NCBI GenBank assembly: GCA_963805545.1
Contig: CAWDUU010000009.1
Span: forward strand, 321,741-385,740
Direction of reading: 5' to 3'
DNA: 64,000 bases
DNA from: an uncultured Actinomycetes bacterium
GTDB taxonomy: Bacteria > Actinomycetota > Thermoleophilia > Gaiellales > JAICJC01
A program made the translations under genes and the position numbers. Below, in pieces: positions 1-9,688 of the stretch. Position 1 is the first letter of the stretch; each line of letters starts with the position of its first letter. Under the pieces are notes generated by a model. That model worked only from the letters and a program-made list of their open reading frames with translations. It was not told the origin of the DNA and searched no databases.

Positions 1-57
1 TCCGAGGAGGAGGTCGGCTGCTTCATGGAGCTGATGGCGGCCGTCCGCGCCGCATAG
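1..57 (+). CDS. 3' end of an unidentified gene entering from upstream (…SEEEVGCFMELMAAVRAA*)
   Basis: Open frame from base 1 to TAG at 55-57. Too short to identify. Confidence 0.25.
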   Translation, partial: SEEEVGCFMELMAAVRAA

Positions 58-248
58 ATTCGCGCGGATGTCCTCCGCGCCCGCCCGGTGGTGGACGTCC
101 AGCCGGGCGGGCGCATATCAGGGAGGCACCCCTGTCGCGGTGCGCGCCAGGGATGTAGGACGAGTCTGACGCTCGGGGCGCGCCCGGGATAGCCCCCTGG
201 CGGGGTGGTTTCCGGGGTGGGCTTGGCCCCCTTGGCTACGCTGACCCC

Positions 249-1184
249 ATGGACGACGTTCTCGACGCGTATTCGCGAGCGGTGATCGAGGTGGTCGCGC
301 GCGTCTCGCCGTCGGTGGCGAACCTGCGTGTGCGGCTCCGCTCGCGCTCGGGCGCGCGGGAGGCCGGTGGCGCGGCGGTCGCGATCGCCGGCAACGAGCT
401 GGTCACGAACGCGCACGTGGTGCCCGCCTCCACGCGCGGCGGATGGGCGTCGTTCCCCGACGGCCGGGAGCTCCGCTTCTCGGTGACGGGACGCGACCCC
501 TTCAGCGACCTGGCGGTGATCGGGGTCGACGAGGGCGGGCTGCATCCGGCGGAGCTCGGTGACGCATCGACGCTCCAGGTCGGCCAGCTGGTCGTGGCCA
601 TCGGCAATCCGCACGGCTTCGCCGGATCGGTGACGGCCGGCGTCGTCTCGGCGGTCGGCCGGTCGCTGCCCGCCCGCGCCGGCGGCACGCTGCGCATGAT
701 CGACAACGTCATCCAGACGGATGCCAGCCTGAACCCCGGCAACTCGGGCGGCGCGCTCGCAACCAGCGACGGGCGGGTCGTCGGGATCAACACCGCGCTC
801 GCGGGAATGGGGCTGGGCCTGGCGGTGCCGGTCAACGCCCACACCCGTGCGCTGATCGAGATGCTCGCGCGCGAGGGCCGCGTCCGGCGCGCATATCTCG
901 GCGTGGGCGCCGCCCCGCGGCCGCTGCCTCCGAAGGCGGTGGCGGCGCTCGGCCGCACGACGGGCATCGAGCTGATCGACATCGCGCCCGGCAGCCCCGC
1001 CGGCCGGGCCGGCCTGCATCCCGAGGACATCGTGGTGGCGCTCAACGGCAGCCCGGTCGAGACCGTCGAGGAGCTTCAGCGGCTCCTGTCGGCCGACGCG
1101 ATCGGCACGCCGCAATCGGTGACCCTGGTGCGCGAGGGAGCGGTGATGGAGATCGAGGTGCTCCCGGCCGAGCTGGCCGCGTAA
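249..1184 (+). CDS. HtrA/DegP-like trypsin-fold serine protease with C-terminal PDZ domain (S1C)
   Basis: 311-aa ORF. It has 'LVTNAHVV' (His), 'SDLAVIGV' (Asp) and 'NPGNSGGAL' (Ser) triad motifs. The C-terminal ~90 aa are PDZ-like ('GIELIDIAPGSPAGRAGL…DIVVALNG'). Confidence 0.9.
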   Translation: MDDVLDAYSRAVIEVVARVSPSVANLRVRLRSRSGAREAGGAAVAIAGNELVTNAHVVPASTRGGWASFPDGRELRFSVTGRDPFSDLAVIGVDEGGLHPAELGDASTLQVGQLVVAIGNPHGFAGSVTAGVVSAVGRSLPARAGGTLRMIDNVIQTDASLNPGNSGGALATSDGRVVGINTALAGMGLGLAVPVNAHTRALIEMLAREGRVRRAYLGVGAAPRPLPPKAVAALGRTTGIELIDIAPGSPAGRAGLHPEDIVVALNGSPVETVEELQRLLSADAIGTPQSVTLVREGAVMEIEVLPAELAA

Positions 1185-1320
1185 CCGCCCGGCCTGAAGC
1201 GCCGATAAGGAGTCTGAGATCGCCTGCGAACCGGGCACGCCGCGAGCATGTGTCCCTGCGAGAGGAGCACGTGCGTGTACTGGCAGCCTGTGTGGTTCAG
1301 CGCCGGGACGCCCGGCGTAG

Positions 1321-1746
1321 ATGCGCGACCTGCCCGACTCGGTGCGGTTGACCTCTGCCTGGGGACGCCTGGGAGGGAATCTGCTGGAGGGCCTGCTCAT
1401 GGTCGTCACGCTCTTCGTGGGATGGTTCGTCTGGAGCATCATCCTCTGGGGTCGGGGGCAGACGCCGGCCAAGCAACTGCTCGGTAAGCGCGTTCTGCGC
1501 CGGGACTCGCCGACACCGGCCGGCCGCGGGCGCATGGTCGTTCGCGAGGTGCTGTGCAAGGGGCTCATCGGGGTTCTCAGCAACCTGACGCTCGTGGGCT
1601 TCGTCGTGTACTTCTGGCTGCTGTGGGATTCCGATCGCCAGGAGCTGTGGGACAAGATGGTCGGCACCGTGGTCGTGAACGATCCCGAGAATGCGCTCGA
1701 TCCCCGGGGCAGCTGGTCCACTGTCGGACTGGCGAGCGCGGCGTAA
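1321..1746 (+). CDS. RDD-family membrane protein
   Basis: 141-aa ORF with two hydrophobic segments and an RDD-like layout ('WGRLGGNLLEGLLMVV…GQTPAKQLLGKRVLRRD…WLLWDSDRQELWDKMVGTVVV'). A stop sits immediately upstream of the ATG. Confidence 0.65.
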   Translation: MRDLPDSVRLTSAWGRLGGNLLEGLLMVVTLFVGWFVWSIILWGRGQTPAKQLLGKRVLRRDSPTPAGRGRMVVREVLCKGLIGVLSNLTLVGFVVYFWLLWDSDRQELWDKMVGTVVVNDPENALDPRGSWSTVGLASAA

Positions 1747-1785
1747 ACCGGCTCACGCTCGCCGCCGTCCTGCTTAAATCGCGCT

Positions 1786-3801
1786 GTGCGCGTCGTCACC
1801 GAGTTCCCGCGCCCGGTCCGCACGATCCCGACCGTGTGGATCGAGCTCGCCGACGGCTGCCGGCTCGCGGCCCGCATCTGGCTCCCCAAGGACGCCGAGC
1901 GCGACCCCGTCCCGGCGATCCTCGAGTACCTGCCGTACCGCCTGAACGACGGCACGGCCGTGCGCGACTCGCACCACTTCCCCTACCTGGCGGGCCACGG
2001 GTTCGCCTGCATCCGGGTTGACCAGCGCGGCACCGGCGAGTCGGACGGGATCCTGGAAGACGAGTACCTGCCCCAGGAGCAGTCCGACGCGTGCGAGGTC
2101 ATCGCCTGGATCGCGAAGCAGCCCTGGTGCACGGGCAAGGTGGGGATGATCGGGATCTCGTGGAGCGGCTTCAACTCGCTCCAGGTGGCCGCCAACCGGC
2201 CGCCCGAGCTGGGCGCGATCATCACGCTCTGCTCGACCGACGACCGCTACGCCGACGACGTCCACTACGACGGCGGCTGCGTCGGCTCGGACATGCTCCA
2301 GTGGGCCTCGTCGATGCTGGGCTGGAACGCGTGGCCGCCCGACCCCGACATCGTCGGCGGCCGCTGGCGCGACATGTGGCTCGAGCGCATGCGCGAGGCG
2401 CCGCCCTTCATCGACCCGTGGCTCGGCCACCAGCGCCGCGACGCCTACTGGAAGCAGGGGTCGGTGTGCGAGGACTTCTCGCGGATCGAGGTGCCGGTCT
2501 ATGCGGTGGGCGGCTGGGCCGACGGCTACACGAACGCCATCCCGCGCCTGCTCGAGGGCCTCTCCGTCCCCCGCAAGGGGCTCATCGGCCCGTGGGCCCA
2601 CGCCTGGCCGCAGGCCGGCCCGCCCGAGCCGACGATCGGCTTCCTCCAGGAGGTGGTGCGCTGGTTCGACCACTGGCTGCGCGGGACCGACACCGGGATC
2701 ATGGACGAGCCGATGCTGCGGGCCTGGATCCACGAGCCCGTGCGGCCGGCGGCGTGCTACACCGAGCGGCCCGGCCGCTGGGTGGCCGAGGACGGCTGGC
2801 CGCGGGCCGGCGCCCCCGCCGTGACGCTGGGCCTCGGCGGCGACGGCCGGCTCGAGCGGGATGCGACGCCGGGCCGGCTCGACATCGTGGGGTTGCAGAC
2901 GGCCGGGCTCGACGCCGGGTCGTGGTGCCCGTACGGCGAGGTGGCCGACTGGCCCGGCGATCAGCGGGCGATGGACGGGATGAGCCTCACCTTCACGTCC
3001 GACCCGCTGCCGGAGCGGCTCGAGATCCTGGGCTACCCGGAGGTCACGCTGCGCCTGGAGAGCGACCGGCCGCTGGCGCTGGTGATCGTGCGCCTGTGCG
3101 AGGTGTGGCCGGACGGCGCCTCGACCGTCGTCACCCGCGCGCTCCAGAATCTCACCCACCGCGAGAGCGACGAGTTCCCCGAGCCGCTGGTCCCCGGCGA
3201 GCCGTTCACCGCGACGGTGAAGCTCGACGCGGCCGGGCACGCCTTCGCCCCCGGGAACCGCATCCGCGTCGGCGTGTCGCCCACGTACTGGCCGTGGGCA
3301 TGGCCGTCACCCGAGCCGGTGCGGCTCACGCTCCTCGCCGGCGAGAGCACGCTGGCGCTGCCGGTGCGCGAGCCGCGCGCCGAGGACGCGGCGCTGCCCG
3401 GGTTCGGCGAGCCGGAGGAGTCCGAGCCGATGAAGAAGGAGGTGCTCCGCTCGGGGCCGGCGGGGCGCACGCTCACCCACGACCTCTCGACCGGCAGGGT
3501 CGAGCTGGCCTACGACTGGCAGGTCGGCGGGCTCGTGCGGCTCCCGAACGGCCTCGAGGTGGAGGATCGCAACTACACGGTCTTCTCGATCGCCGAGGGC
3601 GACCCGCTGTCGGCGCGCGTCCGCAGCGAGACGGCCGGCGCGATCGGCCGCGGCGACTGGCGCACGCGCTGCGAGACCGTCTCGGAGATGACGTGCGATG
3701 CGGAGTCGTTCCACGTGCAGTGCACGGTGCGCGCCTGGGAGGGGGACAAGCCCGCGTTCGAGAAGACCTGGAAGCGCAGCTTCCCGCGCGATCTGGTCTG
3801 A
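1786..3801 (+). CDS. CocE/NonD-family alpha/beta hydrolase (S15 X-Pro dipeptidyl-peptidase-like)
   Basis: 671-aa ORF with GTG start. It has 'LEYLPYR', 'DQRGTGESDG', the nucleophile elbow 'GISWSGF' and a large C-terminal beta-sandwich region typical of the family. Confidence 0.85.
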   Translation: MRVVTEFPRPVRTIPTVWIELADGCRLAARIWLPKDAERDPVPAILEYLPYRLNDGTAVRDSHHFPYLAGHGFACIRVDQRGTGESDGILEDEYLPQEQSDACEVIAWIAKQPWCTGKVGMIGISWSGFNSLQVAANRPPELGAIITLCSTDDRYADDVHYDGGCVGSDMLQWASSMLGWNAWPPDPDIVGGRWRDMWLERMREAPPFIDPWLGHQRRDAYWKQGSVCEDFSRIEVPVYAVGGWADGYTNAIPRLLEGLSVPRKGLIGPWAHAWPQAGPPEPTIGFLQEVVRWFDHWLRGTDTGIMDEPMLRAWIHEPVRPAACYTERPGRWVAEDGWPRAGAPAVTLGLGGDGRLERDATPGRLDIVGLQTAGLDAGSWCPYGEVADWPGDQRAMDGMSLTFTSDPLPERLEILGYPEVTLRLESDRPLALVIVRLCEVWPDGASTVVTRALQNLTHRESDEFPEPLVPGEPFTATVKLDAAGHAFAPGNRIRVGVSPTYWPWAWPSPEPVRLTLLAGESTLALPVREPRAEDAALPGFGEPEESEPMKKEVLRSGPAGRTLTHDLSTGRVELAYDWQVGGLVRLPNGLEVEDRNYTVFSIAEGDPLSARVRSETAGAIGRGDWRTRCETVSEMTCDAESFHVQCTVRAWEGDKPAFEKTWKRSFPRDLV

Positions 3802-3802
3802 C

Positions 3803-6025
3803 TCAGGCCGCCCGCCGCCCCGGCGAGAGGCGGCGGCAGAGCCCCGCGATCTCGGGCGCGGGCACGGGAGGCGAGAAGTGGTAGCCCTGGCCGAGCGGGC
3901 AGCCTCGATCGGTGAGGAACCGCAGCTGCTCGGGCGTCTCGATCCCCTCCGCCAGCGGGACGAGGCCGAGCGTGCGGGCGAGGCCGATGATCGCCGCCAC
4001 CATCGTCGCCGAGTGGGGGTCGCCCGGCAGGTCGCGGATGAACGAGCGGTCGATCTTGATGGTCGTCACCGGCATCTGCTTGAGGCGCGAGAGCGACGAG
4101 TAGCCGGTGCCGAAGTCGTCGATGGCGAGGCCGAAGCCGCGCTCGTGGAGCTCGCGCAGGATGCGGGTCGTGCGGTCGGGGTCGGTCATCGCGGCCGACT
4201 CGGTGATCTCGATCATGAGCTGCTCGGCGGCGATCCCGAACGTCTGGATCGTCCGCGTCAGCCGCCGCAGCATCGAGGGCTGCCACAGGATCGGGGGCAG
4301 GTTGATCGCGACGCTCAGGTCGAGCCCGGCCGCCCGCCAGTCGTGGGCCTGGCGGCAGGCGCGCTCGACGACCCACTGCGAGATCGGCCCGATCATGCCG
4401 ATGCGCTCGGCCACGGGGATGAAGTCGCCGGGCTGGACGAGCCCGTGCTCGGGATCCTGCCAGCGGACCAGCGCCTCGACCCCGACCATGCGACCCGCGT
4501 CCAGGTCCATCACCGGCTGGTAGTGCAGGACGAGCTCGTCGCGCTCGACCGCCCGCCGCAGGCGGGTGACGAACGACAGCTCGAGGCGCGCGGGCCGCTC
4601 GGCCGCCTGGCCGCCGCCGCGGTCCTGGTTTCGGCCGCGCAGCATGTCGTCGCGGGCGGCGCGCAGGAAGGCCTCGGGATCGGTTCCCTCCGGCGACGCG
4701 ACCGCGATGCCCGTCGAGACGCCGATCGAGATCTCCTTGCCGTCGACCAGGAACGGCGCCTGGAGCGCGTGGCGGATCTGGCCGGCGATGGCCTGGCTCG
4801 CCTGGGCGGAGTCGCGCTGGTGGGCGGCGTCGCCGGCCGTTCCCGTGGCCGGCTCGATGTCGGCCAGGAGCACCAGGAACTCGTCGGCCGCGAACCGGGC
4901 GACGACGTCGGCGGGCCGGGTGACGTCGCGCAGGCGCATGCCCGCCTCGCTCAGGACCGCGTCGCCCGCGGCGTGGCCGACCGCGTCGTTCACGAGCCGG
5001 AAGTCGTCGATGTCCACGTAGACGACCCCGACCGCGGCGCCGGTGCGCGCGGCGCGCGCCAGGGCGACCTCGAGGTGCTGCATCAGCATCGCCCGGTTGG
5101 GGAGGCCGGTGACCTCGTCGTGGTGGGCGACGTAGGCCAGCCGCTCCTGGGCGCGGCGGCCCTCGCTGACGTCGATGAAGGTGCGAAGGACGTCGCCGTC
5201 GCGGGAGTTCGCAAGCGGCGCTCCCGAGACGAGGACGTGGCGGGTGCCGCCGCGCCTGCCGCGAAGCTCGGCCTCGCGGGTCGCGCCGTTCTCCGACGCC
5301 TCGATCCGCTCCAGCGACCCCGTGGCGAAGAACGCCGCGTGGGGGACGTCGCTGAGATCGTCGTCCTCGTCCAGCTCGAGCAGGGCGCGCATCGAGGCGT
5401 TCATGAAGACCGTCTCGCCGGCGGCGTTCACCTGCCACAGGCCGACCGCGCTCGCGGCCAGCGCCTCGAACCGCTCCTCGGCGGTGCGGACCGCCTCCTC
5501 GGCGTGTGTCCGCTCGATGAACTGGGCGATCTGGCTACCGACGGACTGCATGAGCTCGAGCAGCGGCGCGTCGGGCCGGCGCACCTCGCGGCTGAAGAAC
5601 TCCATGACGCCGAGGACGCCGGAGGGCAGGAGGATCGGGAACGCGAAGGCGGCGTGCAGGCCGAGCCGGGCCGTGTTCCGGACGCGCTCGGAGCGGGCCA
5701 GGCGGGCGACGTCGTTCACCCAGATCGGGCCGCCCTCGGCCCAGGCCCGGCCGGGGATCCCGATGCCGATCGGGAAGGCCGCGCGCTCGCAGGCGGCGGT
5801 GAAGCCGGCGGCGTCGATGGTCTCGCCGTGCCACACGGCCGAGCAGCGCAGGCGGCCCGACTCGCGCTCGACGCACCACACGGCGCCGAGCTCCCAGCCC
5901 AGCGACCCCCCGAGTGCGGCGAGCACGCGCGGGGCGGCGTCGGCCAGCGACCCGGCCTCGGCCAGCGCACGCGTGGCCGCGTTCTGCACCTGAAGCCGGT
6001 GCTCGGCTGTGGGGCCGGGAGGCAC
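3803..6025 (-). CDS. GAF-PAS-GGDEF-EAL c-di-GMP signalling protein (degenerate GGDEF, intact EAL)
   Basis: The ORF spans 3803..6232(-). Domain order is N-terminal GAF-like, PAS-like, GGDEF, then EAL. The GGDEF domain has 'RPADVVARFAADEF', so RxxD is kept and GG is replaced by AA. The EAL domain has 'EALVRW', 'DDFGTGYSSL', 'KIDRSF' and 'AEGIETPEQ'. I placed the start at GTG 6025, the first start codon clear of the dehydrogenase stop at 6091. ATG 6232 is the maximal alternative. Confidence 0.85.
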   Translation of the reverse strand: MPPGPTAEHRLQVQNAATRALAEAGSLADAAPRVLAALGGSLGWELGAVWCVERESGRLRCSAVWHGETIDAAGFTAACERAAFPIGIGIPGRAWAEGGPIWVNDVARLARSERVRNTARLGLHAAFAFPILLPSGVLGVMEFFSREVRRPDAPLLELMQSVGSQIAQFIERTHAEEAVRTAEERFEALAASAVGLWQVNAAGETVFMNASMRALLELDEDDDLSDVPHAAFFATGSLERIEASENGATREAELRGRRGGTRHVLVSGAPLANSRDGDVLRTFIDVSEGRRAQERLAYVAHHDEVTGLPNRAMLMQHLEVALARAARTGAAVGVVYVDIDDFRLVNDAVGHAAGDAVLSEAGMRLRDVTRPADVVARFAADEFLVLLADIEPATGTAGDAAHQRDSAQASQAIAGQIRHALQAPFLVDGKEISIGVSTGIAVASPEGTDPEAFLRAARDDMLRGRNQDRGGGQAAERPARLELSFVTRLRRAVERDELVLHYQPVMDLDAGRMVGVEALVRWQDPEHGLVQPGDFIPVAERIGMIGPISQWVVERACRQAHDWRAAGLDLSVAINLPPILWQPSMLRRLTRTIQTFGIAAEQLMIEITESAAMTDPDRTTRILRELHERGFGLAIDDFGTGYSSLSRLKQMPVTTIKIDRSFIRDLPGDPHSATMVAAIIGLARTLGLVPLAEGIETPEQLRFLTDRGCPLGQGYHFSPPVPAPEIAGLCRRLSPGRRAA

Positions 6026-6090
6026 TCTGGCGTTGATCGTCGTGACAACGTCCGAATTGAGCCGGCAAACCCCGGGGCCAGGCCCCGTGG

Positions 6091-6948
6091 TCAGCCCGCC
6101 AGCACCTCGGCGGCGGCGCGGGCCGCGCGCAGGAAGGGCTCGCGCTCGGTGATGTCCGAGTACCAGGCGACGTACGGGGTCAGCACGAGGTGGTCGTGAC
6201 CCAGAAGGTCGGCGCCCGGCGGGCGCTCCCACAGGGCGTCGAACGCGGCCCGCACGTGGGTCGCCGCGAGCATCGCGGCCCGGTCGACGATCGCCGCGCG
6301 GGCCGTGTTCACGAGCACCGTCCCCGGCGCGAGGAGCGAAAGCCGGCGGGCGTCGAGGAGGCCCTCCGTCTCGGGGGTGAGCGGCATGTGCAGCGAGACG
6401 GCCTGCGCCCAGCCGAGCAGCTCGTCGAGGTCGGGCTCGCCGCCCGGGACGTACGGGTCATACCGGCGCACCTCCATGCCGAGCGCCGCGGCCCGCTCGG
6501 CGAGCGCGCGCCCGATGCGTCCGTAGCCGACGACGGCGAGCCGCGTCCCGGCCAGGCGGCGGGGGACGCCGCCCGCCAGGTGATCGAACTCGCCGGCCTG
6601 GACCGAGCGGAGCTGGGCAGGGATCCCGCGCAGCTGGGCGGCGAGCAGGGCCAGCGCGTGGTCGGCAACCTCCTCGGCGCAGTAGTCGCCCGCGTCACGC
6701 ACCTCGACTCCCGCCGCGGCGGCGGCCGCCGTGTCGATGTGGTCGACGCCGGTCGAGGCCGTGGCGATGACGCGCAGGTCGGGCATCCGCCCCACGTCGG
6801 CGGCCGTGACGGGCGAGTCCGGGCCCACCAGCAGCGCCACGACGCCCGGGCCGCCGTCGGCCACTCCCGCCCGCTCGGCCTGCGGCAGCGACTCGCGCAC
6901 CGCGTCCATCGGGTACCACTCCTCGCAGACGAGGACGCGGCCGGTCAC
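6091..6948 (-). CDS. D-isomer-specific 2-hydroxyacid dehydrogenase family protein
   Basis: This is the C-terminal 285 aa of ORF 6091..7701(-). It has the NAD-binding motif 'VVGYGRIGRALAERAAALGMEV' and 'LVNTARAAIVD…HLVLTPYVAW'. The GTG start at 6948 overlaps the upstream gene's TGA (GTGA). Confidence 0.85.
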   Translation of the reverse strand: MTGRVLVCEEWYPMDAVRESLPQAERAGVADGGPGVVALLVGPDSPVTAADVGRMPDLRVIATASTGVDHIDTAAAAAAGVEVRDAGDYCAEEVADHALALLAAQLRGIPAQLRSVQAGEFDHLAGGVPRRLAGTRLAVVGYGRIGRALAERAAALGMEVRRYDPYVPGGEPDLDELLGWAQAVSLHMPLTPETEGLLDARRLSLLAPGTVLVNTARAAIVDRAAMLAATHVRAAFDALWERPPGADLLGHDHLVLTPYVAWYSDITEREPFLRAARAAAEVLAG

Positions 6949-7508
6949 GGCATCCGCGCCGCGAGCGCGCCGGCCCGCGAGCGGGTCGCGCCCGGTCCGT
7001 TCACCAGCAGCCAGCTGACCCGCGCCCGCCGGGACACGACGGTGACGAGGATCGGGCTCTCGCGGTGGCAGCCGCAGCTCGCACCGCGGACGAAGAAGCC
7101 GGGCCGGCCCGCCGACGTGACGGGGCGGACGGACGTGCCGGGGCCCCAGTAGCTCGCCGCGTGGTCGGCGACGTACGCGACGTAGGCCGCCGCGCCGGCC
7201 GGCCGGCGGAAGAGGAGCGTGCGCGAGACGACGTCGGTGAACGTCTTCGATGCGCCCTTGAACTCGCGCTCGCGGCCGCCCACAAAGCCCCACCGCTCCA
7301 GCTCGCCGGCCAGGCCGGGAAGCGGCGCGTCGTGGGTGAGCGCCTCCGCGTCGAGCGCCCGGTCCTCGGCCGAGAGGCCAGGCACCGCGCCGAGCACCGG
7401 CAGGCTCGCGGTCGCTGCGGCGCCCGCAGGCGAGCCCCCTCCGCCGCAGGCCGCGACCAGACACGCGAAGAGCGTTGCCGTGGTCACGAGATGGACACCC
7501 CGGGCCAT
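6945..7508 (-). CDS. Putative lipoprotein of unknown function
   Basis: ORF 6945..7535(-). It has a signal peptide with a lipobox ('MARGVHLVTTATLFACLVAAC|GGGGS'). It is translationally coupled to the dehydrogenase. ATG 7535 is an alternative start. Confidence 0.6.
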   Translation of the reverse strand: MARGVHLVTTATLFACLVAACGGGGSPAGAAATASLPVLGAVPGLSAEDRALDAEALTHDAPLPGLAGELERWGFVGGREREFKGASKTFTDVVSRTLLFRRPAGAAAYVAYVADHAASYWGPGTSVRPVTSAGRPGFFVRGASCGCHRESPILVTVVSRRARVSWLLVNGPGATRSRAGALAARMP

Positions 7509-7555
7509 CCCCGGTATGTTCGCACGTGCGCGCACCCCCAGCCCAAGGAGGAACC

Positions 7556-8746
7556 ATGGCGCGGCGGATGGATAGACGACGCTTTCTTGCGAGCACCGCT
7601 GCGGCGGGCGGCACGGTGCTCATCTCGGCCTGCGGCGGCGGATCGAGCTCCGGCGGCGGTGGCGGCGGCGCGAGCGCTGCCACGCACCCCGCGATCGGCA
7701 AGGAGCCCGGCAGCCTGAGCGTGTACGAGTGGCAGGGCTACGAGGCCGCCGGCACCAAGGCCCAGACGTACATGAAGGTCCCCGGCAAGTCGTACGTCGA
7801 CGAGTTCGGGGCGAAGAGCATCAACTACACGGCGTTCCAGTCCGACGACGCGGCGGTCGCCAAGGTGCTGAGCGGCGCCCAGTACGACCTGGCGCACCCG
7901 TGCATCTCGTACGTTCGCGACTGGGTGGAGAAGGGCCTCGTGCAGCCGTTCGACACGAGCCTGCTCACGAACTTCTCGGAGCTCGACCCCGAGGTGGTGA
8001 AGGCGGGCCAGGTCGACGGCAAGCAGTACTGGATCCCGTGGGACTCCGGCTACTCGAGCATCATGTACCGGACGGACATGATCGATCCGGCCGACGCAAA
8101 GAGCTGGAACCTCTTCTGGAACCCGAAGTACGCCGGGAAGATCTCGATGTGGGACGGGTTCACGACCCCGTTCGTCATCGCCGGCCTGGTGAACGGCGTG
8201 TCGAATCCGTACGACATGTCCGACGCCGAGATCGAGGCGGCGAAGCAGAAGCTGATCGAGCAGAAGAAGGTCAACAAGTTCTACTGGAAGCTGGAGTACG
8301 ACGACATGCAGCCGGCGTTCAAGTCGGGCGACATCTGGGTGACGTACGCCTGGCCGAACGACTACAACGACATGCTGTCTGCGGGGCTGAAGACGGGCTG
8401 GATGAACCCGACGGAAGGCCAGCTGGCGTGGTACTGCGGGTTCATCATGCTGAAGAACTCGCAGAACTACTACCACTGCCACAAGTACGTCGACTCGTTC
8501 ATCGGCCACGACGCCTGCGTCGACCTCTTCAACGCCTTCGTGTACGCGAGCGCGAACACGACGGTGAAGAAGAGCGAGCTCCAGATCAAGGGCGCCAAGT
8601 ACCCGAAGGCCTATGCGCTCCCGGACGCGGCCGATGCGCTCCGGATCGGCGACCCCAACCGGCTCGCCGCGCCTGTCCACCTCGAGCAGTTCATCCCGCA
8701 GCGGGCCGCCTACCAGGCGGCCTGGGAAGAGGTCAAGGCCAGCTAG
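7556..8746 (+). CDS. ABC transporter substrate-binding protein, PotD/PotF (polyamine)-like, Tat/lipoprotein signal
   Basis: The ATG at 7556 is preceded by AAGGAGG. The N-terminus is 'MARRMDRRRFLASTAAAGGTVLISAC'. The body resembles spermidine/putrescine-binding proteins ('YEWQGYE…WIPWDSGYSSIMYRTD'). Confidence 0.8.
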   Translation: MARRMDRRRFLASTAAAGGTVLISACGGGSSSGGGGGGASAATHPAIGKEPGSLSVYEWQGYEAAGTKAQTYMKVPGKSYVDEFGAKSINYTAFQSDDAAVAKVLSGAQYDLAHPCISYVRDWVEKGLVQPFDTSLLTNFSELDPEVVKAGQVDGKQYWIPWDSGYSSIMYRTDMIDPADAKSWNLFWNPKYAGKISMWDGFTTPFVIAGLVNGVSNPYDMSDAEIEAAKQKLIEQKKVNKFYWKLEYDDMQPAFKSGDIWVTYAWPNDYNDMLSAGLKTGWMNPTEGQLAWYCGFIMLKNSQNYYHCHKYVDSFIGHDACVDLFNAFVYASANTTVKKSELQIKGAKYPKAYALPDAADALRIGDPNRLAAPVHLEQFIPQRAAYQAAWEEVKAS

Positions 8747-8764
8747 ATGGTCTCGTAGGGCGCT

Positions 8765-9688
8765 ATGAGCGAGGCGCACACTGCCGGGCGCCGGCGGGGG
8801 TTCCCCCTCCGGCGCCCGTGGCGTCCCGGCCGGGCGTGGCTGTCGGTGCCGGTGACGCTCTATCTGCTGGCGGGGCTGATCGTGCCGATCATCCTGATCG
8901 CGCTCTACAGCGTCCACCTGCTGACGAACCTGATCTTCCCGCCGGCGAAGTTCTCGGTCGACACGTGGAAGGGCTTCCTGCCCTACCTGCACGACGGCAC
9001 GTCGGTGTACTTCGACCGGTTCAAGACCTCGATGGCGATCACGCTCATCGTCTCGACGGTCGCCGTGCTCGCCGCCTACCCGCTCGCCTTCTACCTGGCG
9101 TTCGTCGCCCACCGGCGCCGCTACACGCTCCTGCTCGTGCTGCTCGCCCCGTTCTTCGTGAGCTACCTGTTGCGCGTGTATGCGTGGACCGTGATGCTCT
9201 CGTCCGACGGCACGATCAACTCGATCCTGGTCGAGCTGGGCCGGGCGAAGGGGCACCCCGTCGAGTGGCTCTTCCACTCCAAGTTCGCGATCGGGCTCGT
9301 GCTCGCGTACTCGTGGATCCCGTTCGTGGCCCTCCCGATCTTCGTCGTTCTCGAGAACCTCGACAAGCGCGTGCTCGAGGCGGCCCAGGACCTCGGCGCC
9401 AACAGGTTCATGACGTTCCTGAAGGTGACGCTCCCGCTCAGCCTGCCCGGCGTGATCGCCGCGTTCGTCTTCGTGCTCATCCCGACGACCGGCGAGTTCG
9501 TGGCGCCGTCGCTCGTCGGCGGCTCCGACGACAGCATGTTCGGCAACTTCATCCAGGACTCGTTCGTGAACACGACCGACTGGGCGCTGGGCGCGGTGAT
9601 GGCGATGTGGCTCATGGCGATCGTCGTCGTCCTGATCGCCGTGTCGGCGAAGTACCTCACCGCCGACCTGCGGGGGCCGGCGCGGTGA
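8765..9688 (+). CDS. ABC transporter permease (PotB-like)
   Basis: 307-aa ORF with about 6 TM segments and the EAA-loop region 'LEAAQDLGANRFMTFLKVTLPLSLPG'. Confidence 0.85.
   Translation: MSEAHTAGRRRGFPLRRPWRPGRAWLSVPVTLYLLAGLIVPIILIALYSVHLLTNLIFPPAKFSVDTWKGFLPYLHDGTSVYFDRFKTSMAITLIVSTVAVLAAYPLAFYLAFVAHRRRYTLLLVLLAPFFVSYLLRVYAWTVMLSSDGTINSILVELGRAKGHPVEWLFHSKFAIGLVLAYSWIPFVALPIFVVLENLDKRVLEAAQDLGANRFMTFLKVTLPLSLPGVIAAFVFVLIPTTGEFVAPSLVGGSDDSMFGNFIQDSFVNTTDWALGAVMAMWLMAIVVVLIAVSAKYLTADLRGPAR

Noticed and set aside
3573-6199. Very long ORFs antisense to, or out of frame with, the GGDEF-EAL gene (3573..5438-, 3698..6199+). Similar cases occur elsewhere, for example 7484..9277-, 1774..3240-, 29831..32536-, 58176..60284- and 60820..62913-.
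   Set aside because: Their translations are Arg/Pro/Gly/Ala-rich low-complexity strings with no motifs. They always shadow a gene with clear domain content. Stop codons are rare in every frame of such GC-rich DNA, so ORF length is not evidence here.
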